A stretch of 64,000 bases of DNA. Source: Podarcis pityusensis. Taxonomy: Eukaryota. The stretch lies in the NCBI GenBank assembly GCA_964106645.2, contig OZ067044.1. One strand, written 5' to 3'. A model generated the notes under the pieces. It was given only the letters and a program-made list of their open reading frames with translations, ran no database searches and was not told the DNA's origin. This document shows, piece after piece, positions 63,360-64,000 of the stretch. Position 1 is the first letter of the stretch; each line of letters opens with the position of its first letter. The position numbers and the translations under genes are program-made.

Positions 63360-64000
63360 CTAAAGAGTAAAAGGAAGGTCATTTAATAATTATAATGGTT
63401 TTTTTCTCATTACTTTACACTTTTATTTTACTGGTGCCTTTAGAAGCCATTTGATGATACCAGAGAGGGCTCCCCACATTTTTCAGATTTCTGTTACCAC
63501 TGGGTTGATTTCTTAAATGTGCTTAGCCTTAAAGCAACATGTCCTACATTAACTCAATTAGGAAACAATCCTAAATATGAGAAGCCAGTGTAATCTGTGC
63601 CATCTTAAACTAAATCGGTGTTAAGTACAGTATGCCAGTTTCAAACTTTGTTCAGGAGTGGGGTTACTGCCAGATGAGGCAGCGGAAGTAGGGCAGATGG
63701 AAAACTGGAAATAGAGTTTGATTTACACCACCCTTTTTGCCTGTCTTTGTTCACTGGATTTGCAGGTCACACATCTGAGATGAACTGTTAGGATCAAGCA
63801 TAAATCTCCCTATCCGGTCCCATCCGTCCGCTCCCCTGGAACACCCATTTTTCAGGGCTTATGCTAGTGTAAATTCCAGAAGTCTTGGCTCAGATGGATT
63901 AGCTCAATGTGCCAGGATTAGTGAGTTATGCTCCCATCATGTCTCTGGCTGACCTGGGGTTGAGGACTCAAGGAGACAAAGTCTGGCTGTGCTGAGAACC

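Overview
Vertebrate genomic DNA, most likely from a lacertid lizard (inferred from the Sauria/POM-type SINEs and BovB). The whole window lies inside one minus-strand gene, laminin subunit alpha-1 (LAMA1). I traced 58 consecutive coding exons by hand, equivalent to mammalian exons 2-59. Exon 1 lies beyond the right edge; exon 59 is cut by the left edge and the last exons lie beyond it. The exons splice in frame and encode LN, LEa, L4a, LEb, L4b, LEc, the coiled coil and LG1-LG4. The introns hold seven Sauria SINEs, BovB, L1, L2 and CR1 3' fragments, several Tc1/mariner (TA-TSD) and hAT (8-bp TSD) MITEs, old palindromic elements and microsatellites. I found no evidence of a wholly new gene system. 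The most notable observations are (1) two consecutive GC-AG introns, (2) an inverted SINE pair tightly flanking exons 3-5 (a circRNA/editing-type architecture), (3) a KRRRR furin-like site in LG3, resembling LAMA2 rather than mammalian LAMA1, and (4) tiny hairpin MITEs. Exon numbering and comparisons with mammals come from my recollection of the human and mouse proteins, not from an alignment.
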